From Pseudomonadota bacterium (lineage in GTDB: Bacteria > Pseudomonadota > Gammaproteobacteria > Xanthomonadales > Xanthomonadaceae), in assembly GCA_025355485.1 (NCBI GenBank), contig JANXZP010000087.1, positions 1 through 32,693 on the forward strand: 32,693 nt of DNA, given 5' to 3'. Numbering within the stretch: position 1 is the stretch's first letter; each line of letters starts with the position of its first letter. Below the pieces are notes generated by a model. It saw nothing but the letters and a program-made list of their open reading frames with translations, ran no database searches and was not told the DNA's origin. This document shows, one piece after another, positions 9,701-19,628 of the stretch. The position numbers were made by a program, and so were the translations under genes.

Positions 9701-12700
9701 GCGCATCCAGGCACGCTTCCGGTGGCCGCGCCCATCCTGTTGCTGTGGTTGTTCGCGCCCGCGTTGACTTGGTGGGTCAGCCGCACGCCGCCGCGCCGCG
9801 CGCCGGAGCTTGGCGTCGATCAACTGCATTTCCTCGGGCACCTCGCGCGGCGCACCTGGGCATTCTTCGAAAGCCATGTCGGCCCGGACGATCACTGGCT
9901 ACCGCCGGATAATGTGCAGGAACATCCCGTGTACGCAGTCGCGCACCGCACCTCGCCGACCAATATCGGGCTGTCGCTGCTCGCGAATCTGTCGGCGCAC
10001 GATTTCGGCTATATCGACACTGCGACGCTGCTGCAGCGCAGCGCAGCGACGCTGGATACGCTGGTTTCGCTCGACCGCCATCGCGGCCACTTCTACAACT
10101 GGTACGACACCCAAACACTGAAGCCGCTCGTGCCGCGCTACGTCTCCACCGTGGACAGCGGCAATCTCGCCGGGCATCTGCTGGTGCTGGCCGAGGGAAT
10201 GTCGATGCTGTCCGACGCGCCGTTGGTGAATCCGCGCGTCTTTAATGGGCTCGCCGACACGTTCGGGGTGCTGTGCGAACACTCCGGTATTGCGCCGAAC
10301 GATTCACTCGATGCATTCCGCACTGCGCTTGACACAGTACGCAAGTGCCAGCCGGCTACGTTGCGCGACGTGCATGCGGCCCTGCAACGGCTGACTGTCG
10401 TGGCCGAAGCGTTGGAAAACGGAATGGCCAAGGACGCTGTCGAGGCATCGGGCTGGGCGCGGGCCTTGCACACCCAATGCCGCGATGCCGTGGTCGATTT
10501 GCGCTGGTGCGCGCCGTGGATCGAAACGAGCGCTTGCATTCCGGTTGGTCTTGCCGAAACGCCGAGCTTGCGCGAACTCGCGCGCCATGCGCTTGCGACC
10601 GGATCGGCTGTGCCGAACGGTTCTGGTGAAGCGGAACCGACGTCGCTGCAACTCGCTGCGACCCGCGCGATCGAGCGCATCGGGCAACTCGACCGGCTCG
10701 CGCAACTGGCTAGCGAGCTGGCCGAGATGGAATACGATTTCCTGTACGACCGCACGCGGCACTTGCTGTCGATCGGCTACAACGTCGATGAGCGCCGGCT
10801 CGACGAAGGCTATTACGACCTGCTCGCGTCCGAAGCGCGGCTGTGCAGCTTCATCGCCATCGCGCAGGGCGAACTACCGCAGGAGAGCTGGTTCGCGCTT
10901 GGCCGCCAGTTGACCAGCGCCGATGGAGAACCCGTGCTGCTGTCGTGGAGCGGCTCGATGTTCGAATACCTGATGCCGCAACTGGTGATGCCTGGCTTCG
11001 ACGACACCTTGCTCGATACCACGATGCGCGCAGCGGTCGCGCGACAGATCGAATACGGTCGCCAGCGCGATGTGCCGTGGGGCATGTCGGAGTCGGGCTA
11101 CAACCTGCTCGACGCCCAGCTCAACTACCAGTACCGCGCATTCGGCGTGCCCGGGCTCGGACTGAAACGCGGCCTTGCCCAAGATCTGGTGATCGCGCCG
11201 TATGCATCTGCGCTGGCCTTGATGGTCGCCCCGGAACAGGCTTGCGCGAACCTGCAGCGCATGACCGCTGCTGGTTACGGCGGTGCGTTCGGACTCTACG
11301 AAGCGATTGACTTCACCCCCGCGCGTTTGCCGCGCGGACAGACTGCTGCGGTGATCCGTTCGTTCATGGCGCATCACCAGGGCATGAGCCTGCTGTCGCT
11401 GGCGTACGTCTTGCTCGACCGCCCGATGCAGCGGCGTTTCGCGGCCAATCGCCATTTCCAGGCGACCATGCTGTTGCTGCAGGAACGCATTCCGCGCACG
11501 GCGGTGATCGTGCCGCACATCGCCGATTCACCCGGTGCCGGCCTGATTGCCGATCCGGCGGAAACGCGGCTGCGCATTTTCAGCAATCCCGACAACGCGG
11601 TGCCGGCTGTGCAGATGCTGTCCAACGGCCGTTACAACCTGATGGTGACCAGTGCGGGTGGTGGATACAGCCAGTTGCGCGAGATGGCGGTGACACGTTG
11701 GCGCGAGGATGCGACCTGCGATGCCATGGGCAGTTTCTGTTACCTGCGCGATGCCGACAGCGGGACGTTCTGGTCCGTCGCGCACCAGCCAACGCGCGTA
11801 CCCGTCGATGGCTACGAGGCGATCTTTTCCGACGCGCGTGCCGAGTTCCGCGGCCGCAAGAACGGCATCGACGCACACACCGAGATCGTGGTCTCGCCGG
11901 AGGACGACATCGAGTTGCGCCGTATCACGATCACCAATCGCAGTCGTTCGAGACGCGCCATTGAACTGACCAGCTACGCCGAAGTGGTGCTCGCAACGCC
12001 GGCGTCCGACGCGGCGCATCCGGCCTTCAGCAAGCTGTTCGTGCAGACCGAACTGCTGCGCCCGAAACAGGCGATCCTGTGCCATCGCCGACCGCAGGCC
12101 GAACATGATCGCTCGCCATGGATGTTCCACCTGGTCGCCGTGCATGGCGCGGACATCCGGGCGATTTCCTACGAAACCGATCGCTCGCGTTTCATCGGCA
12201 GGGGTCGAGATCTTGCGCATCCGCAGGCCTTGGATGCGGCTGTGTTGTCGGATTCCGATGGTTCGGTACTCGACCCCGTCGTTGCGATCCGCGTGCGTAT
12301 CGCGCTGGAACCCGATCAGATCGCGGTCATCGACTACGTGTCCGGCGTCGGCGACAGTCGTGATGCCTGCCTGGCGCTCATCGAAAAATATCGCGACCGC
12401 CATCTCGCCGATCGCGTATTCGACCTGGCATGGACGCACAGTCAGGTCGTGCGCCGCCAGCTCAACGCGAGCCAGTCCGACGCACAACTCTACGAGCGTC
12501 TCGCAGGGTCGATCCTGCACGCGAACCCGGCGTTGCGCGCCGAGGCGAGCGTATTGATCAAGAATCGGCGCGGCCAGTCCGGACTGTGGGGCCACGCGAT
12601 TTCCGGCGACCTGCCGATCGTACTGGTGCAAATCGCCGATCCGGCGCACATCGACCTGGTACGCCAGATCGTGCAGGCGCATGCGTACTGGCGGCTGAAA

Positions 12701-15463
12701 GGACTGAACGTCGACCTGGTAATCTGGAACGAGGATCACGCCGGTTATCGGCAGGCGCTACAGGACCAGATCATGGGACTGATCGCGGCCGGCATCGATG
12801 CCAACCTGATCGACAAGCCCGGCGGAATTTTCGTGCGTCCTGCGCAGCAGATGAATACGGAGGATCGGATCCTGATCCAGTCCGTCGCGCGCCTGATCCT
12901 GAGCGACGCACAGGGCACTCTTGCCGAGCAGGTCGTGCGGCGCAAGCCGACCGATGCGTTGCCGGCGCGATTCGTGCCCAGCCAGATCGTGTACGAATCA
13001 TCACCAGTCATTGCGCTTAATCCGATCGCCGTGCAACACGACAACGGTCTCGGTGGATTCTCCGAGGACGGTCGTGAATACATCATCACCATCGAAGCCG
13101 GGCAAGCCACGCCCGCGCCGTGGTGCAACGTGCTGGCCAATCCGCAATTCGGTTGCGTGGTCAGCGAAAGCGGACTCGGTTACACGTGGGGCGAGAACGC
13201 GCACGAGTTCCGGCTCACGCCGTGGCACAACGATCCGATTACCGATCCCTGCGGCGAGGTGTACTACCTGCGCGACGAAGACAGCGGACGCGTCTGGTCG
13301 CCGACGCTGTTGCCGTGTCGCGGCGAGGGTGCGTATCGCGTCCGCCATGGTTTCGGCTACAGCGTGTACGAGCACATCGAGGACGGCATCGCGAGCGAGT
13401 TGTGGGTGTACGTCGCGATCGACGCGCCGATCAAGTATGCAGTGCTGAAATTGCGGAACCTGTCCGGTCGTGCGCGCCGCATCAGCGTGATCGGCTACGT
13501 GGAATGGGTGTTTGGCGACTTGCGCGAGAAATCGCTGATGCACGTCGTGACCGAACAGGACAAGGACACCGGTGCGGTGTTCGGGCGCAATCCGTACAAC
13601 ACCGAATTCGCCGGGCGGGTCGGCTTCTTCGATGTGGATGAGCCGAACCGTAGCGTCACCGGCGACCGTACCGAATTTATCGGCCGCAACGGCAGCCTGC
13701 GCAAACCCGCCGCGGCTGGACGGGTGAAATTGTCCGGGCGCGTCGGCGCGGGCCTGGATCCGTGCGCGGCGATCGGCATCACCGTGGCATTGATCGACGA
13801 GGCCGAGTATTCCGTCGTGTTCCGCCTCGGCGCAGCGCGCAGTGCCGACGAAGCGCAGGCACTGGTGCGCAGGCCGCGCGATGCCGAGGCCGCGCAAAAG
13901 ACGCTCGATGACGTACACGCGCACTGGCGGCGCACGTTGGGTACGGTGCAGGTCAGCACGCCGGATGCGGCGGTGAATGCGCTCGCCAACGGCTGGCTCT
14001 TGTACCAGGTGATCGCATGCCGCTTCTGGGGCCGCAGCGGCTTCTATCAATCCGGTGGCGCATTCGGCTTCCGCGACCAGTTGCAGGACGCGCTCGCGAT
14101 GGTGCATGCGGCGCCCGAACTGGTGCGTGCGCATGTGCTGCTCTGCGCCGCGCATCAATTCCCCGATGGCGACGTGCAGCACTGGTGGCATCCGCCGCAG
14201 GATCGCGGCGTGCGTACGCATTGTTCCGACGATTTCCTGTGGCTCGTATTCGCAACGAGTGGCTATGTCGAGGTCACGGGCGATCGCAGCGTACTCAACG
14301 CCACCATATCCTGGGTCGACGGCCGCGCGCTCGCCGCGGGTGAGGAATCGTATTACGACCTTCCCGTGCGCCCGCCGCAGCGCGACAGCCTGTATCGCCA
14401 CTGCGTCCGCGCGATCGAGCATGGGCTGTCGTTGCGCGGCGAACACGGGCTGCCGTTGATCGGATCAGGCGACTGGAACGACGGCATGAACCGCGTCGGC
14501 GCAGAAGGCAAGGGCGAGAGCGTGTGGCTGGCGTTCTTCCTCTACGACGTGCTGATGGAGTTCAGCGCAGTCGCACGCCTGCACGACGATGCAGGTTTCG
14601 CCGAGCAATGCCTCGTCGAGGCCGAAGCATTGCGCATCGCGATCGAAGTGCATGCGTGGGATGGTGCGTGGTACCGGCGCGCATGGTTCGACGACGGCAC
14701 GCCGCTGGGCGCGGCAGGCAATGTCGAATGCGCGATCGATTCGATCGCGCAGAGCTGGTCGGTATTATCCGGTGCCGGCGATCCGCTGCGTGCACGGCAG
14801 GCGATGGATGCGCTCGATACCCATCTGGTGCGCGCCGATGCGAAGCTCGTGCAACTGCTCGATCCGCCGTTCGATCGCAGCGCGACGCACGCCGCCGATT
14901 ACCACGATCCGGGCTACATCGCGGCCTACGTTCCCGGCGTGCGCGAAAATGGTGGCCAATACACGCACGCCGCGGTGTGGGCGACGATGGCTTTCGCCGA
15001 ACTGGGCGACGCGAAGAAGGCCTGGGAACTTCTGGGCTTGATCAATCCGATCCATCACGGCGATTCGCCCGCTGCGATTGCTACCTACAAAGTCGAGCCC
15101 TATGTGGTCGCAGCCGATGTCTATGCGGTCGCGCCGCATACCGGTCGCGGTGGCTGGACCTGGTACACCGGCTCCGCGGGCTGGATGTACCGGCTGATCG
15201 TCGAATCGCTGCTCGGGTTGCGGCGCAAGGGGAACACCCTGCGCATCGCCCCCTGCATTCCGGCAGACTGGCCTGCCTACACGATGGAGTACTGCTACGG
15301 CAACGCGGTCTATCGGATCAGCGTGACTCAAATGACTGATGGCAGCGAAGGCAGCGTGATGGTTGATGGCATCGAACAACCCGAGCGTTCCATCCAGCTG
15401 GTCGATGACGGTTGCGAACATCGCGTCGACATACGGCATCGCCAGCCCGGGACCGTGACGTGA
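6773..15463 (+). CDS. ndvB: Cyclic beta-1,2-glucan synthase (Cgs/NdvB/ChvB family): GT84 synthase, glucoamylase-like cyclisation domain, C-terminal GH94 phosphorylase
   Basis: 2896 aa. N-terminal EWLLDNYYLIEEQIR. GT motifs YVITLDTDT, SHDLLEG, EDYP, RRHRWIRGDWQ. Middle-domain motifs YDLLASEAR, SWSGSMFEYLMP, WGMSES. GH94 motifs GFRDQLQD, GDWNDG, ENGGQYTHAA, WTWYTGSAGW. Several TM segments. Confidence 0.95.
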   Translation: MMAGREAILESWLRLRSVLRGSRPTREDAAHELPLRSELFSADQMERHGRALARSHKIGKGRAVDLLLARLSSNEQLLARACDLLTEAVSASRRLTPAGEWLLDNYYLIEEQIRTAKRHLPKNYSRELPRLSDGPSTGFPRVYDIALEAISHGDGRVDTESLSHFVASYQSVAPLTLGELWAIPIMLRLALIENLRRVGAGVIVDRIDRNVADEWADRMTEVADTDPKNLVLVIADMARSEPPQASSFVAELARRLQGHSSALALPLTWIEQWLGESGQTIEQLVQAENQQQAADQVSISNSIGSLRYLSAMDWREFVETMSVVEQALRDDPNGVYAQMDFATRDRYRHVIEALARRSAMSEAQVARQAVLLAYRGMAGQGEDAVAAHVGHYLIGDGLPQLQGDIALRARLRLRPHRQSGRVPLWTFLAPIGLLTLVTAAALLWQLYADGWPGWPLWLFVLPCMLAASDLALALVNWAATLLVAPYPLPRMDYSEGLPSHARTLVVVPTMLGNAVGLENLVEALEVRFLANRGPNIHFALLTDFFDASHQTLPDDAAVLQLAQQRIAELNNQYADAAGEDCFFLLHRPRLWNERERTWMGRERKRGKLGDLNALLRKGDNSAFALIEGDVRVLGNVRYVITLDTDTGLPRDVALEFVGTLAHPLNRARWDERGDRITGGYGILQPRVGTSVSGAQRSRYARWFGQEPGIDPYTRAISDVYQDLFGEGSFIGKGVYEVEAFERALGGRFPDNAILSHDLLEGCYARSGLVSDAQLYEDYPARYAADVARRHRWIRGDWQLLPWLRLRVRREDGSRERNPLSALSRWKVFENLRRSLVSAALLSLLVAGWVALDNALWWTLLLLALLLIAPLATLMSALLRKSGELPLRMHIEGIADSAGRHAARVGLHLACLPYEAWFATDAIVRTLWRSFVTRRHLLQWDPSSEVERTQRVDLAASYRTMWFAPVFATTVSVWVWHAHPGTLPVAAPILLLWLFAPALTWWVSRTPPRRAPELGVDQLHFLGHLARRTWAFFESHVGPDDHWLPPDNVQEHPVYAVAHRTSPTNIGLSLLANLSAHDFGYIDTATLLQRSAATLDTLVSLDRHRGHFYNWYDTQTLKPLVPRYVSTVDSGNLAGHLLVLAEGMSMLSDAPLVNPRVFNGLADTFGVLCEHSGIAPNDSLDAFRTALDTVRKCQPATLRDVHAALQRLTVVAEALENGMAKDAVEASGWARALHTQCRDAVVDLRWCAPWIETSACIPVGLAETPSLRELARHALATGSAVPNGSGEAEPTSLQLAATRAIERIGQLDRLAQLASELAEMEYDFLYDRTRHLLSIGYNVDERRLDEGYYDLLASEARLCSFIAIAQGELPQESWFALGRQLTSADGEPVLLSWSGSMFEYLMPQLVMPGFDDTLLDTTMRAAVARQIEYGRQRDVPWGMSESGYNLLDAQLNYQYRAFGVPGLGLKRGLAQDLVIAPYASALALMVAPEQACANLQRMTAAGYGGAFGLYEAIDFTPARLPRGQTAAVIRSFMAHHQGMSLLSLAYVLLDRPMQRRFAANRHFQATMLLLQERIPRTAVIVPHIADSPGAGLIADPAETRLRIFSNPDNAVPAVQMLSNGRYNLMVTSAGGGYSQLREMAVTRWREDATCDAMGSFCYLRDADSGTFWSVAHQPTRVPVDGYEAIFSDARAEFRGRKNGIDAHTEIVVSPEDDIELRRITITNRSRSRRAIELTSYAEVVLATPASDAAHPAFSKLFVQTELLRPKQAILCHRRPQAEHDRSPWMFHLVAVHGADIRAISYETDRSRFIGRGRDLAHPQALDAAVLSDSDGSVLDPVVAIRVRIALEPDQIAVIDYVSGVGDSRDACLALIEKYRDRHLADRVFDLAWTHSQVVRRQLNASQSDAQLYERLAGSILHANPALRAEASVLIKNRRGQSGLWGHAISGDLPIVLVQIADPAHIDLVRQIVQAHAYWRLKGLNVDLVIWNEDHAGYRQALQDQIMGLIAAGIDANLIDKPGGIFVRPAQQMNTEDRILIQSVARLILSDAQGTLAEQVVRRKPTDALPARFVPSQIVYESSPVIALNPIAVQHDNGLGGFSEDGREYIITIEAGQATPAPWCNVLANPQFGCVVSESGLGYTWGENAHEFRLTPWHNDPITDPCGEVYYLRDEDSGRVWSPTLLPCRGEGAYRVRHGFGYSVYEHIEDGIASELWVYVAIDAPIKYAVLKLRNLSGRARRISVIGYVEWVFGDLREKSLMHVVTEQDKDTGAVFGRNPYNTEFAGRVGFFDVDEPNRSVTGDRTEFIGRNGSLRKPAAAGRVKLSGRVGAGLDPCAAIGITVALIDEAEYSVVFRLGAARSADEAQALVRRPRDAEAAQKTLDDVHAHWRRTLGTVQVSTPDAAVNALANGWLLYQVIACRFWGRSGFYQSGGAFGFRDQLQDALAMVHAAPELVRAHVLLCAAHQFPDGDVQHWWHPPQDRGVRTHCSDDFLWLVFATSGYVEVTGDRSVLNATISWVDGRALAAGEESYYDLPVRPPQRDSLYRHCVRAIEHGLSLRGEHGLPLIGSGDWNDGMNRVGAEGKGESVWLAFFLYDVLMEFSAVARLHDDAGFAEQCLVEAEALRIAIEVHAWDGAWYRRAWFDDGTPLGAAGNVECAIDSIAQSWSVLSGAGDPLRARQAMDALDTHLVRADAKLVQLLDPPFDRSATHAADYHDPGYIAAYVPGVRENGGQYTHAAVWATMAFAELGDAKKAWELLGLINPIHHGDSPAAIATYKVEPYVVAADVYAVAPHTGRGGWTWYTGSAGWMYRLIVESLLGLRRKGNTLRIAPCIPADWPAYTMEYCYGNAVYRISVTQMTDGSEGSVMVDGIEQPERSIQLVDDGCEHRVDIRHRQPGTVT

Positions 15464-15527
15464 CGACGCAAAGGCTTGCCTCGGGAAGTCATGACGGCAG
15501 CGAGAACCACCGAATGGAGTTCGATCG

Positions 15528-17198
15528 ATGACCCGGATCAGCCCGCTTGCAGGCGCTTTCAACAGCGCAGCTGGTCAACCCTCGCAACCCGCGCAATTGG
15601 TGGATGTGGGCAAGCTGGTCGACGCCTACTACAACGTGAAACCGGACCCGACGAATCCCGCGCAGCGCGTCGCGTTCGGAACCTCGGGGCATCGCGGCTC
15701 GTCGTTCGATGGCAGTTTCAACGAGGACCACATCGTCGCGATTACCCAGGCGATCTGCGCGTATCGCACGAAGCAGGGCATCGACGGCCCGCTGTTCATC
15801 GGCATCGATACGCACGCGCTGTCCGCGCCTGCATTCGAGACTTCGCTGGAAGTGCTCGCCGCAAACGGCGTGCAGGTTCTTGTTTCGCAAGGCGGCGAAT
15901 ACACGCCGACGCCGGCGATCTCGCATGCGATTCTTGTCTATAACCGTGGTCGCAAGACCGGGCTTGCCGACGGCATCGTCGTCACGCCTTCGCACAATCC
16001 GCCCGACAACGGCGGCTTCAAGTACAACACGCCGAACGGCGGCCCGGCCGATACCGACGTCACCAACTGGATCCAGGATCGCGCGAATGCATCACTGGAA
16101 GCCGGTCTCAGGGATGTGCGCCGGCTTCCGTTCGAGCAGGCGCGAAATGCATCGACGACGCGCGCGCACGATTACCTCAGTACCTACGTCGCCGATCTCG
16201 GCCATGCGATCGACTTCGACGCGATCCGCGGTTCCGGGATCCGCATGGGCGTGGATCCGCTCGGTGGCGCCGGCGTGCATTACTGGGCGCGCATTGCCGA
16301 ACGCTACAAGATCGAACTCGATGTCGTCAGCGAACAGGTCGATCCGCAATTCGGCTTCATGACGCTCGACTGGGACGGCAGGATCCGCATGGATCCTTCG
16401 TCGAGTTACGCGATGCAACGCCTGATCGCGATCAAGGATCGTTACGACATCGCCTTCGCCTGCGACACCGACCACGACCGCCACGGCATCGTGACCCGCA
16501 GCGCCGGCCTGCTGCCGCCGAACCACTACCTCAGTGTCGCGATCGACTATCTGTTCCAGCACCGGCCGCAGTGGGGCAGGGACGCAGGTGTCGGCAAGAC
16601 CGTCGTCAGCACGGCGATGATTGATCGCGTCGCCGCAAGGCTCGGCCGAAAGCTGGTCGAGGTGCCGGTTGGATTCAAGTGGTTCGTCGAAGGACTGTTC
16701 CATGGCTCGCTGGGATTCGGCGGCGAGGAAAGCGCGGGCGCGGCGTTCCTGCGTCGCGATGGCAGTGTGTGGACGACCGACAAGGACGGCATCGTGCCGG
16801 CGCTGCTGTCGGCCGAGATCACCGCGCGCCGTGGCCGCGATCCGGGCGCGCTGTATGCCGAACTCACCGATGAATTCGGGACGGCGTACGCCGATCGCGT
16901 CGAGGCTCCGGCAACCGCCGCACAAAAAACCAGTCTCGCGAAATTGTCGGCGCAGCAGGTGCAAAGCACCGAACTGGCCGGCGAGAAAATCACCGGCGTG
17001 CTCGATCGCGCGCCGGGCAACAACGCGCCGATCGGCGGCATCAAGGTGAGCAGCGAAAACGGCTGGTTCGCCGCGCGGCCATCCGGCACCGAGGACATCT
17101 ACAAGATCTATGCTGAGAGTTTCCGCGACGACGCGCACCTGCGCCGGATTCTTGGCGAGGCGCAGGGTATCGTCGATGGCGCGCTCACCGCGTGCTAG
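15528..17198 (+). CDS. pgm: Phosphoglucomutase (alpha-D-glucose-1,6-bisphosphate-dependent)
   Basis: Motifs FGTSGHRG, TPSHNPP (phosphoserine loop), DTDHDRH (metal site), GGEESAG and RPSGTEDIYKIYAESF. GGAG RBS upstream. Confidence 0.96.
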   Translation: MTRISPLAGAFNSAAGQPSQPAQLVDVGKLVDAYYNVKPDPTNPAQRVAFGTSGHRGSSFDGSFNEDHIVAITQAICAYRTKQGIDGPLFIGIDTHALSAPAFETSLEVLAANGVQVLVSQGGEYTPTPAISHAILVYNRGRKTGLADGIVVTPSHNPPDNGGFKYNTPNGGPADTDVTNWIQDRANASLEAGLRDVRRLPFEQARNASTTRAHDYLSTYVADLGHAIDFDAIRGSGIRMGVDPLGGAGVHYWARIAERYKIELDVVSEQVDPQFGFMTLDWDGRIRMDPSSSYAMQRLIAIKDRYDIAFACDTDHDRHGIVTRSAGLLPPNHYLSVAIDYLFQHRPQWGRDAGVGKTVVSTAMIDRVAARLGRKLVEVPVGFKWFVEGLFHGSLGFGGEESAGAAFLRRDGSVWTTDKDGIVPALLSAEITARRGRDPGALYAELTDEFGTAYADRVEAPATAAQKTSLAKLSAQQVQSTELAGEKITGVLDRAPGNNAPIGGIKVSSENGWFAARPSGTEDIYKIYAESFRDDAHLRRILGEAQGIVDGALTAC

Positions 17199-17258
17199 CG
17201 AACAGACCACACCTTGCAGATCGCCGTGAAGTCGCCACGTCCACGTACCAGATCAACC

Positions 17259-19628
17259 ATGAAAACCAGCACACTCACACCAGAACAACTCGATCGGATC
17301 AACGCCTACTGGCGTGCGGCGAACTATCTGTCGGTCGGGCAGATTTATCTCTACGACAATCCGCTGCTGAAGCGACCGCTGGCGCCCCCGGATGTGAAGC
17401 ACATGCTGCTCGGACACTGGGGCACGACTCCCGGGCAAAATTTCATCTATACCCACTTGAATCGGGTCATCCGGAAAAACGATCTCGACATGATCTATGT
17501 CTCCGGTCCCGGACACGGTGGTCCGGCGGTCGTCGGCAACACCTACCTCGAAGGCACGTACAGCGAGATATATCCCGATATCAGCCAGGACGAGGCCGGG
17601 CTGCAAAAACTTTTCAGGCAGTTTTCATTTCCTGGTGGAATTCCCAGCCACGCATCGCCTGAGTGTCCGGGTTCGATCCACGAAGGCGGCGAACTCGGCT
17701 ATTCGCTCAGCCATGCGTTCGGTGCGGTGTTCGACAACCCCGGCCTGGTCGTCGCTTGCGTCGTTGGCGATGGCGAGGCGGAAACCGGACCGCTGGCGAC
17801 GGCGTGGCATTCCAACAAGTTTCTCGACCCGGTGACCGATGGTGCGGTGCTGCCGATCCTGCACCTCAACGGCTACAAGATTTCCAACCCGACGGTGCTC
17901 GCGCGCATCACCCGCGAAGAACTCGAACAGCTTCTGCGTGGTTACGGATGGACGCCGCATTTCGTCGAAGGCCACGAACCCGCACTGATGCATGAAACAA
18001 TGGCCGCGACGCTCGACACGGCCATCGAGCAGATCAGGAGCATCCAGCAGGAAGCGCGCACGAACAGCAACACGGTGCGACCGCGCTGGCCGATGATCGT
18101 GCTCAACTCGCCCAAGGGTTGGACTGGGCCGAAGGTCGTCGATGGCCTACAGGTCGAAGGCACGTTCCGTTCGCACCAGGTGCCGATCTCGGATCCTGCG
18201 AAACATCCCGGGCATCTCAAGCTGCTCGAAGACTGGTTGAAGAGTTACCGGCCCGAGGAACTGTTCGACGAGCGCGGTCGCTTGAGACCCGACCTCGCCG
18301 AGCTTGCGCCTGAAGGCGAGCGGCGCATGGGTGCGAATCCGCATGCCAATGGCGGAATCCTGCTGCGCGACCTGCGCATGCCGGATTTTCGCGACTATGC
18401 AGCCGATGTGCCGGTGGCGGGAGCGAACGGCATCGGCGACACCCATGTGCTTGGACCTTTCCTGCGCGATGTCGCGAAGCGCAACAGCGAGCAACGGAAT
18501 TTCCGCGTCTTCGGCCCGGATGAAACATTGTCCAATGGACTCGAGGCGCTGTTCGAGACGACCCGGCGCCAATGGGACGCCGCGACCTTGCCGAACGACG
18601 AATTTCTCGCGCCGAGCGGGCGCGTGCTCGAGATGCTCAGCGAGCATCAATGCGAGGGCTGGCTCGAGGGTTACCTGCTCACCGGCCGACATGGACTCTT
18701 CAACTGCTACGAGGCGTTCATCCACATCGTCGATTCGATGTTCAACCAGCACGCGAAATGGCTGAAGGTCAGCGCGCAACTGCCATGGCGGCGGAAGATC
18801 GCATCGTTGAACTACCTGCTCGCTTCGCACGTCTGGCGCCAGGACCACAACGGTTTCACCCACCAGGACCCAGGTTTCATCGACCACATCGTCAACAAGA
18901 AAGCCGAGATCGTGCGGGTGTACCTGCCGCCCGATGCCAACTGCCTGCTGTCGGTGATGGACCACTGCCTGCGCAGCCGCCATTACGTCAACGTGGTGAT
19001 CGCGGGCAAGCATCCGGCGCCGCAATGGCTGGCGATGGATGCGGCAATCAAGCATTGCACCGAGGGCGTCGGCATCTGGCGGTGGGCCAGCAACGACGGC
19101 GATTCCGCACCCGACGTCGTCATGGCCTGCTGCGGCGACGTACCCACGCTGGAGACACTGGCCGCCGTCTCGATCCTGCGCGTGCATCTTCCCGAACGGA
19201 AAAGCCGCGTGGTCCACGTCGTCGACCTCATGCGATTGCAGCCGCGCTCCGAGCATCCGCATGGTTTGAGCGAGATGGATTTCGATGAACTCTTCACCAC
19301 GGACAAGCCGGTCATCTTCGCTTTCCATGGCTATCCGTGGCTGATCCACCGGCTCACCTACCGACGCACCAACCACGACAACATCCACGTCCGCGGCTAC
19401 AAGGAGGAGGGCACCATCACCACGCCGTTCGACATGACGGTGTTGAACGACCTGGATCGTTTCCATCTCGTGATGGACGCCGTCGACCGCCTGCCTCGGA
19501 CCGGCGACAAGGGCATCCATCTGAAGCTTCGACTCAAGGACAAGTTGATCGAGCACAAGCAGTACATCGACAAGCATGGCCACGACATGCCGGAAATCAG
19601 CGACTGGAAATGGAGCGCGTCGACATGA
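17259..19628 (+). CDS. xfp: Xylulose-5-phosphate/fructose-6-phosphate phosphoketolase
   Basis: Motifs [46 protein letters not shown] (ThDP binding), [17 protein letters not shown] and [18 protein letters not shown] at 17259 preferred over TTG at 17214. Confidence 0.96.
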   Translation: MKTSTLTPEQLDRINAYWRAANYLSVGQIYLYDNPLLKRPLAPPDVKHMLLGHWGTTPGQNFIYTHLNRVIRKNDLDMIYVSGPGHGGPAVVGNTYLEGTYSEIYPDISQDEAGLQKLFRQFSFPGGIPSHASPECPGSIHEGGELGYSLSHAFGAVFDNPGLVVACVVGDGEAETGPLATAWHSNKFLDPVTDGAVLPILHLNGYKISNPTVLARITREELEQLLRGYGWTPHFVEGHEPALMHETMAATLDTAIEQIRSIQQEARTNSNTVRPRWPMIVLNSPKGWTGPKVVDGLQVEGTFRSHQVPISDPAKHPGHLKLLEDWLKSYRPEELFDERGRLRPDLAELAPEGERRMGANPHANGGILLRDLRMPDFRDYAADVPVAGANGIGDTHVLGPFLRDVAKRNSEQRNFRVFGPDETLSNGLEALFETTRRQWDAATLPNDEFLAPSGRVLEMLSEHQCEGWLEGYLLTGRHGLFNCYEAFIHIVDSMFNQHAKWLKVSAQLPWRRKIASLNYLLASHVWRQDHNGFTHQDPGFIDHIVNKKAEIVRVYLPPDANCLLSVMDHCLRSRHYVNVVIAGKHPAPQWLAMDAAIKHCTEGVGIWRWASNDGDSAPDVVMACCGDVPTLETLAAVSILRVHLPERKSRVVHVVDLMRLQPRSEHPHGLSEMDFDELFTTDKPVIFAFHGYPWLIHRLTYRRTNHDNIHVRGYKEEGTITTPFDMTVLNDLDRFHLVMDAVDRLPRTGDKGIHLKLRLKDKLIEHKQYIDKHGHDMPEISDWKWSAST

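Noticed and set aside
19337..19624. N-terminal extension of acetate kinase in the ORF track
   Set aside because: It overlaps xfp in another frame. The ATGA-coupled start at 19625 matches the normal AckA N-terminus.
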